Positions 1-10,286 are shown, counted from the stretch's first letter. The stretch is DNA of 64,000 nucleotides from Gammaproteobacteria bacterium (GCA_050298595.1 JBNKUM010000024.1:1-64000); one strand, 5' to 3'. The notes: a model not told the origin generated them from the letters alone. Numbers and translations: made by a program.

Positions 1-1695
1 GATAGGACATACGCGACCATAGTGAGTCGGATGTACGTCACGTACCTCAAAGCCTGCACGCTCACGGGTTAAACCGCCCGGCCCTAACGCAGAAACACGT
101 CGCTTGTGAGTAACTTCAGACAATGGGTTATTCTGATCCATAAACTGCGACAACTGACTGGAACCAAAAAATTCCTTAACAGCAGCAGCAACAGGTTTGG
201 CATTGATAATATCCTGTGGCATCAGTCCTTCAGATTCGACCAGACTTAAGCGATCACGTACAGCACGCTCAACTCGTACCAGACCTGTACGAAAAGCATT
301 TTCAGCCATTTCACCCACGCTACGAATACGACGATTTCCCAGATGATCGATATCATCAACGATACCATTACCATTACGGATATCGATAAGAACTTTCATC
401 ACATCCAGAATATCTTCTGTTGAAAGCGTACCTTCACCGACAACCTCTTCACGACCCAGTCGACGGTTAAATTTCATACGACCTACTTCAGACAGGTCAT
501 AGCGCTCGGCATTAAAGAAAAGGTTATGAAACAGATTTTCAGCTGAGTCTTTTGTTGGTGGTTCACCAGGTCGCATCATACGATAGATTTCCACCATGGC
601 TTCCAGCGCATTGGTAGTCGGATCCAGTGCCAGAGAATTAGAAATATAGGCGCCGTGATCGACTTCATTGGTGTAAATAGTTTTCAGCTCCGTAATACCT
701 TTTTCACGGATAAATTCGAGAATTTCTGCAGTCACTTCATCGTTGGCATTGGCAATCATTTCGCCTGTTTCTTTATCAACAAGGCCTTCTGCAAGGATTT
801 TACCCACCAGATACTCTTCAGGCACCTGCAGGCTTTTAGCTTTGCTAGCTAATAATTTTTTAACATGTAAGGCTGTAATTCTGCGCCCCTGATTGACGAT
901 GACTTCACCCTTAACTTCGATGTCAAAAGTTGCTGTCTCGCCTTTTAGCCTCTCAGGCTCAAGCAGCATTTCAAGGCCGCCCTTCTTAACCTTGAAGGTG
1001 TCGTGATCAAAAAAGACATCCAGCATTTGTTCGGTATTATAACCTAGCGCACGCAGTAAAATGGTCGCAGGTAATTTACGACGGCGGTCGATACGCACAA
1101 AAAGCGCATCTTTAGGATCAAATTCAAAATCCAGCCAGGAACCACGATAAGGAATAACACGGGCGGAAAATAACAGTTTGCCCGAGCTATGCGACTTACC
1201 CTTGTCATGATCAAAAAATACACCTGGTGAACGATGTAACTGAGAAACGATAACGCGCTCAGTACCATTGATCACAAAGGTACCATTTTCAGTCATCAAA
1301 GGCATTTCACCCATGTAGACTTCCTGCTCTTTAATATCCTTGACCGAACGATTCTTGGCAGAAGCATCCTTATCATAGATAACCAGTCTAACTAGAACGC
1401 GTAGTGGGGCCGCATAGGTTAGACCACGAACCTGACATTCCTTTACATCAAAAACAGGCTCACTGATACGGTAGCTGACGTATTCAAGCTCTACAGCACC
1501 TGAAAAACTAACAATCGGGAAGATTGATTCAAAAGCACTTTGCAACCCTGTTCCCTTATAGACACCGCCATCAGACTTCAGAAAACGTTTATAGGAATCA
1601 ACCTGAATCGCAAGCAGATAGGGTTCATTTACAACAGATTCTCTTTTACCGAAATCCCTGCGAATACGTTTTTTCTCAGTGAATGAGTAAGCCAT
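1..1695 (-). CDS. rpoB: RNA polymerase beta subunit (5' part; runs off window start)
   Basis: Not in the ORF track because it is truncated. Reverse complement from 1695 reads [17 protein letters not shown]..., later [21 protein letters not shown] and [12 protein letters not shown]. Downstream of rplL. Confidence 0.98.
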   Translation of the reverse strand, partial: MAYSFTEKKRIRRDFGKRESVVNEPYLLAIQVDSYKRFLKSDGGVYKGTGLQSAFESIFPIVSFSGAVELEYVSYRISEPVFDVKECQVRGLTYAAPLRVLVRLVIYDKDASAKNRSVKDIKEQEVYMGEMPLMTENGTFVINGTERVIVSQLHRSPGVFFDHDKGKSHSSGKLLFSARVIPYRGSWLDFEFDPKDALFVRIDRRRKLPATILLRALGYNTEQMLDVFFDHDTFKVKKGGLEMLLEPERLKGETATFDIEVKGEVIVNQGRRITALHVKKLLASKAKSLQVPEEYLVGKILAEGLVDKETGEMIANANDEVTAEILEFIREKGITELKTIYTNEVDHGAYISNSLALDPTTNALEAMVEIYRMMRPGEPPTKDSAENLFHNLFFNAERYDLSEVGRMKFNRRLGREEVVGEGTLSTEDILDVMKVLIDIRNGNGIVDDIDHLGNRRIRSVGEMAENAFRTGLVRVERAVRDRLSLVESEGLMPQDIINAKPVAAAVKEFFGSSQLSQFMDQNNPLSEVTHKRRVSALGPGGLTRERAGFEVRDVHPTHYGRVCPI

Positions 1696-1793
1696 TAAAT
1701 TTCCTCAATAAATATAATATTGATCAAACGTTTTCTGCGCATTTGGATATTGCGCTAATCGACAAAAAATTTGTCGATGGTACAAACAGATGC

Positions 1794-1822
1794 GGGCCGA
1801 TGACTTTGACAGTCATCAGCCC
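1794..1822 (-). promoter_or_regulatory. rplL-rpoB intergenic hairpin (attenuator-like)
   Basis: GGGCTGATGAC-tgtcaaa-GTCATCGGCCC on the minus strand, at the position of the gammaproteobacterial rplL-rpoB attenuator stem. No clear U-tract. Confidence 0.55.
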
Positions 1823-1865
1823 AGATCTTTACATAACGGGTGCACGCACCCTGTCAGTCGTCAAA

Positions 1866-2243
1866 CTACTTAAGTTCGACTTCTGCACCAGCTTCCTGCA
1901 GCTGCTTTTGCACATCTTCAGCTTCAGCTTTAGATACGCCTTCTTTAACAGTTGCAGGTGTGCCTTCAACCATGTCTTTGGCTTCTTTCAGACCCAGACC
2001 TGTGATTGCACGTACCGCTTTGATAACCGCAACCTTGTTAGCGCCAAAACTGGTCATAACAACGTTGAATTCATCTTTCTCTTCAGCTGCTGCGGCTTCA
2101 CCGCCAGCTGCTACAGGTGCTGCTGCGACTGCAGCTGCAGCGCTTACACCAAATTTTTCTTCCATAGCAGAAATAAGGTCAACGACCTCCATTACTGTCA
2201 TGTTCGAAATCGCTTCTAGAATATCATCTTTAGAAACTGCCAT
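1866..2243 (-). CDS. rplL: 50S ribosomal protein L7/L12
   Basis: [12 protein letters not shown]...[24 protein letters not shown]. The upstream ATG at 2249 is an alternative start. Confidence 0.98.
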   Translation of the reverse strand: MAVSKDDILEAISNMTVMEVVDLISAMEEKFGVSAAAAVAAAPVAAGGEAAAAEEKDEFNVVMTSFGANKVAVIKAVRAITGLGLKEAKDMVEGTPATVKEGVSKAEAEDVQKQLQEAGAEVELK

Positions 2244-2279
2244 TTTCATTCTCCTGAAACAGAAATTAATATAAAAAAG

Positions 2280-2804
2280 TTAAGCTTGCTTTGAATCACG
2301 TATGGCGGCGACTGTGCGAACCAACTTACCTGGTACTTCATTAATAGTACGAGTAAGTTTTTCCACAGGTGCTTTCATAACGGCCATCAACATGCTGAGT
2401 GCTTGCTCATAGGTTGGCAGAGATGCCAGGCGTTTGATTTCTGATGGATCAAGTAATGCACCACCAAAAGCAACCAGTTTTACAACCAGCTTATCATTCT
2501 TACCCGAAAAATCCTTGATAACGCGTGCTGCGCTACCTGGCTCTTCGAGAGAAAATGCAAACACCAGCTGACCTGTTAACGAATCACCCATGCAACTGTA
2601 ATCTGTACCTTCAAAGGCACGCTTAGCCAGCGTGTTTTTGATGACTTTCAGATATACATTTGCTTCACGGGCTGCAACGCGTAACGCGGTCATGTCAGCT
2701 ACCGACAAACCTTGATACTCAGCAGCAATAACAGAATGAGCGGTGGCCGCAACTTCAGCGACTTCAGCTACAACTGCCTGTTTTTGCTGTAGGTTTAAAG
2801 GCAT
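2280..2804 (-). CDS. rplJ: 50S ribosomal protein L10
   Basis: MPLNLQQKQAVVAEV...VIKNTLAKRA; operon position. Confidence 0.98.
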   Translation of the reverse strand: MPLNLQQKQAVVAEVAEVAATAHSVIAAEYQGLSVADMTALRVAAREANVYLKVIKNTLAKRAFEGTDYSCMGDSLTGQLVFAFSLEEPGSAARVIKDFSGKNDKLVVKLVAFGGALLDPSEIKRLASLPTYEQALSMLMAVMKAPVEKLTRTINEVPGKLVRTVAAIRDSKQA

Positions 2805-2935
2805 ATCAAGTTCTCCTGATTAATAAACCAATACTGAACAAAATGTTCAGCCCTTGTCCTTTTCCAGACTGATTCATTATTAAACCAGTCTGATTCCCTA
2901 ACGATCTTCTCAACCAGGTATTCCTGTCTCAGAGG

Positions 2936-3005
2936 ATCATCTACGCAGGCTATTAAGCACTCAAGATCCATTTAATGGATTTAAATACTCCTGCGGTCTT
3001 TGACG
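2936..3005 (-). promoter_or_regulatory. L10 leader (rplJ autoregulatory RNA)
   Basis: Minus strand CGTCAAAGACCGCAGGAG...GCTTAATAGCCTGCGTAGATG matches the gammaproteobacterial rplJ leader pattern between rplA and rplJ. Confidence 0.8.
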
Positions 3006-3058
3006 AGCAGCCACCTTAGAAAAAGGAGGCTTTCTCAAAGCTATTTTCAGTTGATCAA

Positions 3059-3760
3059 TTAATTGCCGATAGACAATGAAGACTGATCAACTGCAACACC
3101 CGCACCCATAGTTGTGGATACAGATACTTTCTTTAGATACACGCCCTTGGCGGTTGAAGGCTTGGCTCTTTTAAGGTCAACTAACAAAAACTCAAGGTTT
3201 TCACGTAGTTTAGCCACATCAAAACTGGATTTACCAATAGAACAATGAATGATGCCGCCTTTGTCGGTACGATAACGAACCTGACCAGCTTTTGCATTTT
3301 TCACAGCGCCTTCTACATCAGGTGATACCGTGCCCACTTTCGGGTTTGGCATCAAACCACGTGGACCCAACAACTGACCTAACTGACCAACAACACCCAT
3401 AGCGTCAGGGCTAGCGATAACTACATCATAGTTTAAATCACCGCCTCTCATTGCATCTGCCAGATCCTGCATACCGACCATATCGGCTCCAGCAGCTTTA
3501 GCTTTTTCAGCGTTATCACCCTGGGTAAAAACTGCCACACGTACAGTTTTGCCTGTACCGTTTGGTAATACACTGGAACCACGCACGTTCTGATCTGATT
3601 TACGCGGATCAACACCCAGATTAATTGCTGCGTCGATAGACTCATCGAATTTTGCTGTAGACAGCTCTTTTAATAAGCCCAGCGCCTCATCGATAGAGTA
3701 TTGACGAGTGGAGTCAACTTTCTCAGCAATCAGCTTCATTCTTTTTGATAATTTAGCCAT
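3059..3760 (-). CDS. rplA: 50S ribosomal protein L1
   Basis: [28 protein letters not shown]. Confidence 0.98.
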   Translation of the reverse strand: MAKLSKRMKLIAEKVDSTRQYSIDEALGLLKELSTAKFDESIDAAINLGVDPRKSDQNVRGSSVLPNGTGKTVRVAVFTQGDNAEKAKAAGADMVGMQDLADAMRGGDLNYDVVIASPDAMGVVGQLGQLLGPRGLMPNPKVGTVSPDVEGAVKNAKAGQVRYRTDKGGIIHCSIGKSSFDVAKLRENLEFLLVDLKRAKPSTAKGVYLKKVSVSTTMGAGVAVDQSSLSIGN

Positions 3761-3764
3761 ATTA

Positions 3765-4193
3765 CTAACCCTCCACTACCAGACCCATGCTACGGGCGCT
3801 ACCGGCAATAATTTGCACAGCCGCTTCCATATCATTGGCGTTTAAATCTTTCATCTTGGCTTCAGCAATCTCTTCAAGCTGCGCTCGAGTTACCTTACCT
3901 ACCTTATTGGTATTTGGAGTACCGCTGCCTTTAGTGATACCAGCCGCCTTTTTCAACAGCACTGCCGCCGGTGGCGTCTTGATTTCGAAGGTAAAACTTT
4001 TATCAGCATAAACCGTGATCACAACGGGTAACGGCATGCCTTTTTCCTTTTCCTGGGTCTGTGCATTAAATGCTTTACAGAATTCCATGATATTCAAACC
4101 ATGCTGACCCAGCGCCGGACCTACCGGAGGACTTGGATTCGCTTCACCTGCAGAAACCTGCAGCTTGATATATTTAATAATTTTCTTAGCCAT
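3765..4193 (-). CDS. rplK: 50S ribosomal protein L11
   Basis: [29 protein letters not shown]; start moved to ATG 4193, which has an upstream AGGAG. Confidence 0.98.
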   Translation of the reverse strand: MAKKIIKYIKLQVSAGEANPSPPVGPALGQHGLNIMEFCKAFNAQTQEKEKGMPLPVVITVYADKSFTFEIKTPPAAVLLKKAAGITKGSGTPNTNKVGKVTRAQLEEIAEAKMKDLNANDMEAAVQIIAGSARSMGLVVEG

Positions 4194-4205
4194 AACTCTT
4201 TCTCC

Positions 4206-4240
4206 TGGGTGCAAACGGACTACTCAATTCGCCCTCCCCA
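4206..4240 (-). promoter_or_regulatory. L1-binding leader of rplK-rplA
   Basis: GGGGAG-GGC-loop-GTCC-GTTTGC-ACCC just upstream of the rplK SD; same layout as the E. coli L1 operator. Confidence 0.6.
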
Positions 4241-4302
4241 ACAATAAAAAACTCCGGACATCCGGATAATTCTTTGTAAAAGCACTACCAAACTACAGGC
4301 AT

Positions 4303-4566
4303 TGCTATTTTTCATCCCTGCAGTGACGATCCGGCCCAGCATCCATGCTGGGCGCTACTCCGGGCTTCCTGCCCTTCGCCCTATCGGGCTGCACTTCGCG
4401 CATTCAAATCGCTCCCTGCGATTTAGTCGCACCGCTGCGAAGTGCCATTTAGGCACTTCGGTCAGTTAAATTCGGTGCCATTCTTTCATCCCTGAAGTGA
4501 CGACCCGGCCCAGCATCCATGCTGGGCGTTCGCACCGCTGCGAAGTGCCATTTAGGCACTTCGGTC
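4303..4566. repeat. Tandem ~90-bp palindromic repeat (copies 4303-4463 and 4476-4566); copy 1 interrupted by a 71-bp insert at 4357-4427
   Basis: TTTCATCCCTG(C/A)AGTGACGA(T/C)CCGGCCCAGCATCCATGCTGGGCG and CGCACCGCTGCGAAGTGCCATTTAGGCACTTCGGTC each occur twice. Confidence 0.95.
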
Positions 4567-4571
4567 GGTGC

Positions 4572-5105
4572 TCACCCTTTCTCAACCTGCGAGAAATCAA
4601 GCTCAACCGGTGTAGAACGACCGAATATCTGCACAGAAACCAGCATCTTGCTCTTGTCGTAGTTAACTTCTTCAACTACGCCATTAAAATCATTAAACGG
4701 ACCATCATTAACTCGAACCACTTCACCCACTTCGAACAGCACCTTAGGTCTTGGACTATCCACACCTTCTTCAACACGATTCAGAATTGCGTTAGCTTCC
4801 GCCTCAGTAATCGGCGCAGGCTTATCACTGGTTCCACCAATAAAACCAAGTACCTTGGGCACTTCCTTTACCAGATGCCAGGTATCTTCATTCATCTCCA
4901 TTTCCACCAGCACATAGCCAGGGAAGAATTTACGCTCACTCTTGCGCTTTTGACCTTCTCTCATTTCCACAACTTCCTCTGTAGGAACCAGAATCTGCCC
5001 AAACAGATCCTTATGAGGAGACATTGCTACCCGGCCTTCTAAAGCTTTCTTTACATAAGCCTCAAAACCCGAATAGGCGTGAACCACATACCAACGCATT
5101 GACAT
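4572..5105 (-). CDS. nusG: Transcription termination/antitermination factor NusG
   Basis: [24 protein letters not shown] motif VRVNDGPF. Confidence 0.98.
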   Translation of the reverse strand: MSMRWYVVHAYSGFEAYVKKALEGRVAMSPHKDLFGQILVPTEEVVEMREGQKRKSERKFFPGYVLVEMEMNEDTWHLVKEVPKVLGFIGGTSDKPAPITEAEANAILNRVEEGVDSPRPKVLFEVGEVVRVNDGPFNDFNGVVEEVNYDKSKMLVSVQIFGRSTPVELDFSQVEKG

Positions 5106-5114
5106 ATCTATATC

Positions 5115-5483
5115 CTATCCCAGCAGGGACTTGATACCCCAGCCCAGAAACATGTCAATCAGCCAGAGCATTATTGCAACAATCAAAACCATCACCAGTA
5201 CAGCAATAGTAGTTTGAGTAGTTTCCTGACGCGAAGGCCAGACTACCTTCCTCACTTCTACACGAGCATCTTTTGCAAATCCAATTGATCGTTTGCCCAG
5301 CATAGTAGTAGCCACTATCAGGAACGATACTACAGCAACAGCTAGAATACCCAGCACCCTTAGAAGCTGAGATTCTTCTTTAAAGTAATAGAACGCAAAA
5401 ATGCCAGCGGCCAGCACTAGCAGTGAAAACACCAACTTAACGGTATCGAATCCAGAACTTTGTTGTTCGGTCTTTGTGACCAC
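5115..5483 (-). CDS. secE: Preprotein translocase subunit SecE (3-TM type)
   Basis: EVRKVVWPSRQET motif; start probably GTG 5483 with a GAGG SD. Confidence 0.93.
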   Translation of the reverse strand: MVTKTEQQSSGFDTVKLVFSLLVLAAGIFAFYYFKEESQLLRVLGILAVAVVSFLIVATTMLGKRSIGFAKDARVEVRKVVWPSRQETTQTTIAVLVMVLIVAIMLWLIDMFLGWGIKSLLG

Positions 5484-5512
5484 TGATAACCTCTGTGTGC
5501 TAAGCAATTAAA

Positions 5513-5588
<76 letters not shown>

Positions 5589-5620
5589 AATATGGCAAAA
5601 AAAACTTGTAACCACAAGCA

Positions 5621-5652
5621 AAGGGCGGGGATGGTAGCCCATCTCCCGCCCT
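5621..5652 (-). terminator. GC-rich hairpin downstream of tuf
   Basis: AGGGCGGGAGATGG-gcta-CCATCCCCGCCCT followed by T-rich sequence on the minus strand. Confidence 0.55.
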
Positions 5653-5669
5653 GTTGCAATGACTATTTA

Positions 5670-6860
5670 CTACTCGATGATCTTCGAAACAACGCCCGCA
5701 CCAACAGTACGGCCACCTTCTCGAATCGCAAAACGCAACCCATCATTCATCGCAATCGGTGCAATCAGACTAACAACCATTTTTACATTGTCACCAGGCA
5801 TGACCATTTCTACGCCTTCCGGCAGATCACAGGCACCGGTTACGTCGGTAGTACGGAAGTAGAACTGTGGACGATAACCATTAAAGAACGGGGTATGACG
5901 TCCGCCTTCATCCTTTGACAGGATGTAGACCTCTGCTTCGAATTTTGTGTGCGGTGTAATTGATCCCGGCTTAGCCAGTACCTGTCCGCGCTCTACGTCT
6001 TCACGCTTGGTACCGCGCAACAGAACACCAACGTTGTCACCAGCACGACCCTCGTCCAGTAGCTTTCGGAACATCTCAACGCCAGTACAGGTAGTTTTTA
6101 CAGTATCTTTGATACCAACAATTTCAATTTCTTCACCTACCTTGATGATACCGCGCTCGATACGTCCCGTTACTACGGTTCCGCGACCTGAGATTGAGAA
6201 GACATCTTCTACTGGCATCAGGAAGTCACCATCTACTGCACGCTCTGGCTGCGGGATATAGTCATCCAGCGCCTGAACCAGCTTCAGGATTGCGCCCTTA
6301 CCCATTTCTGATTCATCACCTTCCAGCGCTTTCAGTGCTGAACCGGTAATGATTGGAGTGTCGTCACCTGGGAATTCGTACTGATCTAGCAGTTCACGGA
6401 TTTCCATCTCTACCAGCTCCAGCAGCTCTTCATCATCGACCATGTCGGCTTTATTCATGAAGACCACAATATATGGCACACCCACCTGGCGTGATAACAG
6501 GATGTGCTCACGTGTTTGTGGCATAGGGCCATCTGCAGCCGATACAACCAGAATTGCTCCATCCATCTGTGCCGCACCAGTAATCATGTTCTTAACATAA
6601 TCCGCGTGTCCTGGGCAATCTACGTGTGCGTAGTGACGATTTGTACTTTCGTATTCAACATGTGAGGTCGAGATCGTTATACCACGTGCTTTTTCTTCAG
6701 GCGCGTTATCGATTTCATCGAAAGCCTTTACTGTTCCGCCCATCGCTTCGGCCATGACTTTGGTCAACGCCGCTGTTAACGTCGTCTTACCATGATCCAC
6801 GTGACCAATCGTTCCCACGTTTACATGGGGTTTGCTTCTCTCGAATTTTTCCTTTGACAT
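5670..6860 (-). CDS. tuf: Elongation factor Tu
   Basis: [36 protein letters not shown]; true start at ATG 6860. Confidence 0.99.
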   Translation of the reverse strand: MSKEKFERSKPHVNVGTIGHVDHGKTTLTAALTKVMAEAMGGTVKAFDEIDNAPEEKARGITISTSHVEYESTNRHYAHVDCPGHADYVKNMITGAAQMDGAILVVSAADGPMPQTREHILLSRQVGVPYIVVFMNKADMVDDEELLELVEMEIRELLDQYEFPGDDTPIITGSALKALEGDESEMGKGAILKLVQALDDYIPQPERAVDGDFLMPVEDVFSISGRGTVVTGRIERGIIKVGEEIEIVGIKDTVKTTCTGVEMFRKLLDEGRAGDNVGVLLRGTKREDVERGQVLAKPGSITPHTKFEAEVYILSKDEGGRHTPFFNGYRPQFYFRTTDVTGACDLPEGVEMVMPGDNVKMVVSLIAPIAMNDGLRFAIREGGRTVGAGVVSKIIE

Positions 6861-6929
6861 AGGATTAAATCTCCGACTAGTTGTTATGGCCGAATCACAG
6901 CCGATAATATTACATAAAAACCACAAGTT

Positions 6930-7005
<76 letters not shown>

Positions 7006-7042
7006 AATTGTCCAATAGCCTTCCAGCGTGAACTCTCAAGTT

Positions 7043-7117
<75 letters not shown>

Positions 7118-7183
7118 AATGCTATTACTTAAGAAGCCATTTAACATAAAATGCCCGAACACCTTACATTAAATGGCTTCAAA

Positions 7184-7357
7184 ATATGGTGGAGGGGGGT
7201 GGATTACTCCAGGCTAAAGCCTTCCGCCCTCCGGGTCGCTTACGCGCTCAAAATCAAAAACCTGATTTTGTCGAACCTTGTGATTCGAACCCACCCCCTA
7301 AAAAAGAGAGACGGTACCTGATGGCCTTTGTTTAACCAAAAACCATACTTTCTTATA
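7184..7357 (-). repeat. tRNA-Tyr-linked repeat: duplicated tRNA 3' end with a 66-bp insert in the T-loop
   Basis: ATATGGTGGAGGGGGGTGGATT is identical at 7184-7205 and 7355-7376 (offset 171). In the copy, CGAACC resumes at 7272 after an insert at 7206-7271. Confidence 0.9.
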
Positions 7358-7442
7358 TGGTGGAGGGGGGTGGATTCGAACCACCGAAGGCTGAGCCAGC
7401 AGATTTACAGTCTGCCCCCTTTGGCCGCTCGGGAACCCCTCC
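7358..7442 (-). tRNA. tRNA-Tyr(GTA)
   Basis: GGAGGGGTTCCCGAGCGGCCAAAGGGGGCAGACTGTAAATCTG...long variable arm...CCACCA; 85 nt. Confidence 0.97.
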
Positions 7443-7457
7443 AAAAGTAAGGTGCGT

Positions 7458-7486
7458 ATTCTCTACACAGCTGTTATGCCTGTCAA
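7458..7486 (-). promoter_or_regulatory. sigma70 promoter of the tRNA-tuf operon
   Basis: TTGACA-17bp-GAGAAT followed by a GC-rich discriminator (ACGCACC). Confidence 0.7.
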
Positions 7487-7606
7487 TAGCAAGTCGTTAA
7501 ATAAGAGGGTATTTTTCAACCTTTTCTTCAACTATTTCGCTGCAGGGAGATTTCTTCATCACTATTAGCACATTCAAGAGACTTTAGCTCCAACTACTCT
7601 TAGAAT

Positions 7607-8467
7607 ATGACGTTGTTTATGAACGATAAAACCTCATTTATTCGGGCTCTACGCCCCTTTTCACTAATTGTCGCGCTTGCTACCTGTGGGCTGGGCGTCA
7701 GCCTTGCTATTATTGAGGGTAATGCAAATTATTCTCTCGCCACCCTGGTAATGATTACGGGTGTTCTATTACAAATAGCAGTGAACTTGATTAATGATTA
7801 CCGGGATATCGATAGCCATAAGTTTTCTGCGCAACAGAAGGCCGCTATCAAACGCAATACCTCAGCCGGCTGGGCTGTTATGCGTATAGCTATCGCGCTT
7901 GGTTTATACATGAGCTATATACGGGGATGGCCCTTGTTGTTACTTGGACTTGTCGGGGTGTTTGGTGCATGGGGTTATACCGGGGGAGAAATCAATTACA
8001 AATCGCGCGGCCTTGGCGTTTTGCTTGTTTTCTTCCTGATGGGTGTACTACTCATCGGCGGCTCTTATTATACGGTTAGTGGAAACTACCATATTAATAT
8101 CTTCTGGCTATCCCTGCCCTTTAGCCTGCTGTCTTCCTTATTACTATTAAGCAATGAACTGCGTGACTATGAAGAAGACCTGAAGGCAGGCATCAAAACA
8201 CTCAGTGTTCGTCTTGGCTATGAGGTTGGTGTAAAACTCTATTACTGGATAGTTGCCTGGGTTTACTTTATCAGCGCAGTACTTTTCCAGGCAGGCTTTT
8301 TGGGCAATATCATTCTGATCCCGGTTACCCTGATTGTTTTATGGCAGCCTTTAAAGTTACTGCACGCCCCCAGGGCACAGAGGTTATCGCTGACACCCTT
8401 AACCGGTCGATTCTATTTTTTCTTCAGCATCGCCTACCTGACATCCATCTGGTTACCTCTAAAATGA
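7607..8467 (+). CDS. menA: UbiA-superfamily prenyltransferase, MenA-like (DHNA polyprenyltransferase)
   Basis: ALRPFSL, NLINDYRD and SNELRDYEEDLKAGIKTLSVRLG Asp-rich motifs; multiple TM helices. Confidence 0.8.
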   Translation: MTLFMNDKTSFIRALRPFSLIVALATCGLGVSLAIIEGNANYSLATLVMITGVLLQIAVNLINDYRDIDSHKFSAQQKAAIKRNTSAGWAVMRIAIALGLYMSYIRGWPLLLLGLVGVFGAWGYTGGEINYKSRGLGVLLVFFLMGVLLIGGSYYTVSGNYHINIFWLSLPFSLLSSLLLLSNELRDYEEDLKAGIKTLSVRLGYEVGVKLYYWIVAWVYFISAVLFQAGFLGNIILIPVTLIVLWQPLKLLHAPRAQRLSLTPLTGRFYFFFSIAYLTSIWLPLK

Positions 8468-9333
8468 ATCAGGATCTGGTACTCAACCTGGCTTTACCTG
8501 TCACGCTCTTTTGCATTATGTTCAGTATGGGTATAAACCTCGTACCCAGAGACTTTGCTCTTCTATTTAAAGACCCGGCCACTGTAATAACTGGAATCAC
8601 GTCGCAGATGCTGCTACTGCCTGTATTAGCATACCTAATACTCTCTCCTATGCACCTGCCTGATGAAATCTTTGCCGGTTTTATCATTCTTGCATTAAGC
8701 CCGGGGGGCACAACCTCGAATATGTTCAGCTATCTTGCCGGTGGTAATTTGGCCTTATCCATCACCTTAACCGCGCTGGTCAGCATTATCACTCCTTTTT
8801 CTATCCCTCTGATTGCATCCGGGCTACTGGCTGATCAACTTCAGGCAGCGCACATCCACCTCCCCTTTATGCCGACGATGATCAAACTAATTGTGGTCAC
8901 TTTAATTCCACTTGCTCTAGGCATGCTGTTACGCCACATCAAGGCAGATTTTTGCTCTACCTACAAAGGCCAGTTAACACGTGTCCCGATGATCATGTTA
9001 CTGCTGGTCATCAGCGGAATAATTCATCAAAACTGGAACAACATGCCTGATTTTTTAAGGCAAACAGGGCTTCCTGCTCTTTTACTGGCGAGTGTAGCAC
9101 TGATGATTTCCTACCTGTTTGCACGCAGCCTGAGACGAAATAAAAGTGCAGCCCGCACTGTCGCCATCGAGACCTCAATTCAAAATGGCGGCACTGCAAT
9201 TCTGATTACCGGCAGCATATTACACAACCCGGCCATGACCATTGCCCCCGTCATGTACGGCATTCTTATGCTGATCCCGGTATCAATTTTTGCATATATA
9301 TGTCAAACATATCGCCCCACTCTAAACACATGA
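8464..9333 (+). CDS. Bile acid:sodium symporter (BASS/SBF) family transporter
   Basis: IMFSMG, QMLLLP, SPGGTTSN, AIETSIQN. Start ATG 8464 overlaps the menA stop (ATGA). Confidence 0.92.
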   Translation: MNQDLVLNLALPVTLFCIMFSMGINLVPRDFALLFKDPATVITGITSQMLLLPVLAYLILSPMHLPDEIFAGFIILALSPGGTTSNMFSYLAGGNLALSITLTALVSIITPFSIPLIASGLLADQLQAAHIHLPFMPTMIKLIVVTLIPLALGMLLRHIKADFCSTYKGQLTRVPMIMLLLVISGIIHQNWNNMPDFLRQTGLPALLLASVALMISYLFARSLRRNKSAARTVAIETSIQNGGTAILITGSILHNPAMTIAPVMYGILMLIPVSIFAYICQTYRPTLNT

Positions 9334-10067
9334 AACATCGCTTATCGCAAACCTTCGGCCACAAAACCGTCGCCAGTAATCAGCGAGAAAAACTCATTCG
9401 CAACGTATTTCAACGCGTTGCTCCTCGCTACGACCTGATGAATGATTTGATGAGCATGGGCATACATCGTCTGTGGAAGTGGCAATTCAGCCGTGAAATC
9501 AAAAAGCTTTCGGGAGAAGTATTCATCGATCTGGCCGGGGGTACCGGTGATATAGCCAAAGCGCTTTATGCCTACAACCTGTTTAGCCTGATAGTCGACC
9601 CGTCGCTGGCCATGATGCAGGTAGCTCAACAACGTCTTGGGCAGCACTGCTCATATCTTTGTGCTAGCGCTGAAAACCTGCCCTTACCCGATAATTACGC
9701 CGACCTGCTGACTATATCCTTTGGCATTAGAAACACCACCGACATCCATCAATCTTTAAGCGAGATCTACCGGGTATTAAAACCGGGTGGACATTTTTTC
9801 TGCCTTGAGTTCAGCACACCCGCCGCCTGGTTAAAACCATTCTATGATTCCTGGTCGGCTATGGTAATTCCAAGACTCGGACAACTGATCGCCGGACATG
9901 CGGACGCCTATCATTACCTGATTGAATCGATACGGGAGTTTCCCGCTCAACAGGAATTGGCTCGACTCATTGAAAACAGTGGACTACAGGACGCTAGCTA
10001 TAGCAATCTTTCCTTTGGCATCGCCTGTATACACAGAGCAACAAAACCGATTCAATCTGACGCTTGA
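9330..10067 (+). CDS. UbiE/MenG-family quinone C-methyltransferase
   Basis: VFQRVAPRYDLMNDLMSMGIHRLWK, DLAGGTGD, TISFGIRN, LEFSTP. ATG 9330 overlaps the BASS stop (ATGA). Confidence 0.92.
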   Translation: MKHRLSQTFGHKTVASNQREKLIRNVFQRVAPRYDLMNDLMSMGIHRLWKWQFSREIKKLSGEVFIDLAGGTGDIAKALYAYNLFSLIVDPSLAMMQVAQQRLGQHCSYLCASAENLPLPDNYADLLTISFGIRNTTDIHQSLSEIYRVLKPGGHFFCLEFSTPAAWLKPFYDSWSAMVIPRLGQLIAGHADAYHYLIESIREFPAQQELARLIENSGLQDASYSNLSFGIACIHRATKPIQSDA

Positions 10068-10210
10068 GCAATGCTCTGATAAATTTGACTTTTGAGGGCA
10101 TCAAACTTTGACCCCTTAAAAATTCCGAAAATAGTAGTAGGTGAGCGACTAGCGCATTCGGTCTAACTTTTTAACCAGACCGCTAAACGATTGAAATAAA
10201 AGAGGAAAAA

Positions 10211-10286
10211 TGGTGGGCCGTGGGCGATTCGAACGCCCGACCAATTGATTAAAAGTCAACTGCTCTACCGGCTGAGCTAACGGCCC
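10211..10286 (-). tRNA. tRNA-Lys(TTT)
   Basis: GGGCCGTTAGCTCAGCCGGTAGAGCAGTTGACTTTTAATCAATTGG...GTTCGAATC...CCACCA. Confidence 0.97.

Noticed and set aside
655-2274. Track ORFs 655-852, 1044-1268, 1683-2219 and 1840-2274
   Set aside because: Shadow frames of rpoB and rplL. The same applies to the many short antisense or out-of-frame ORFs inside recognised genes across the window.
4303-4566. CRISPR array interpretation of the nusG-rplK repeats
   Set aside because: Only two long copies, no regular repeat-spacer period, and no cas genes.
4466-4675. 69-aa minus-strand ORF, and the 181-aa plus-strand ORF at 4497-5042
   Set aside because: Both overlap nusG out of frame or antisense and run into repeat DNA.
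7187-7300. Second (intron-containing) tRNA-Tyr gene or attR of an integrated element
   Set aside because: Only the 3' acceptor/T-arm part is duplicated, with no D or anticodon arm. The 171-bp interval has no integrase.
7443-7500. Missing tRNA-Thr(TGT) upstream of tRNA-Tyr
   Set aside because: Tyr-Gly-Thr-tuf-Trp-secE is a normal arrangement outside enterics, and a promoter sits directly upstream.
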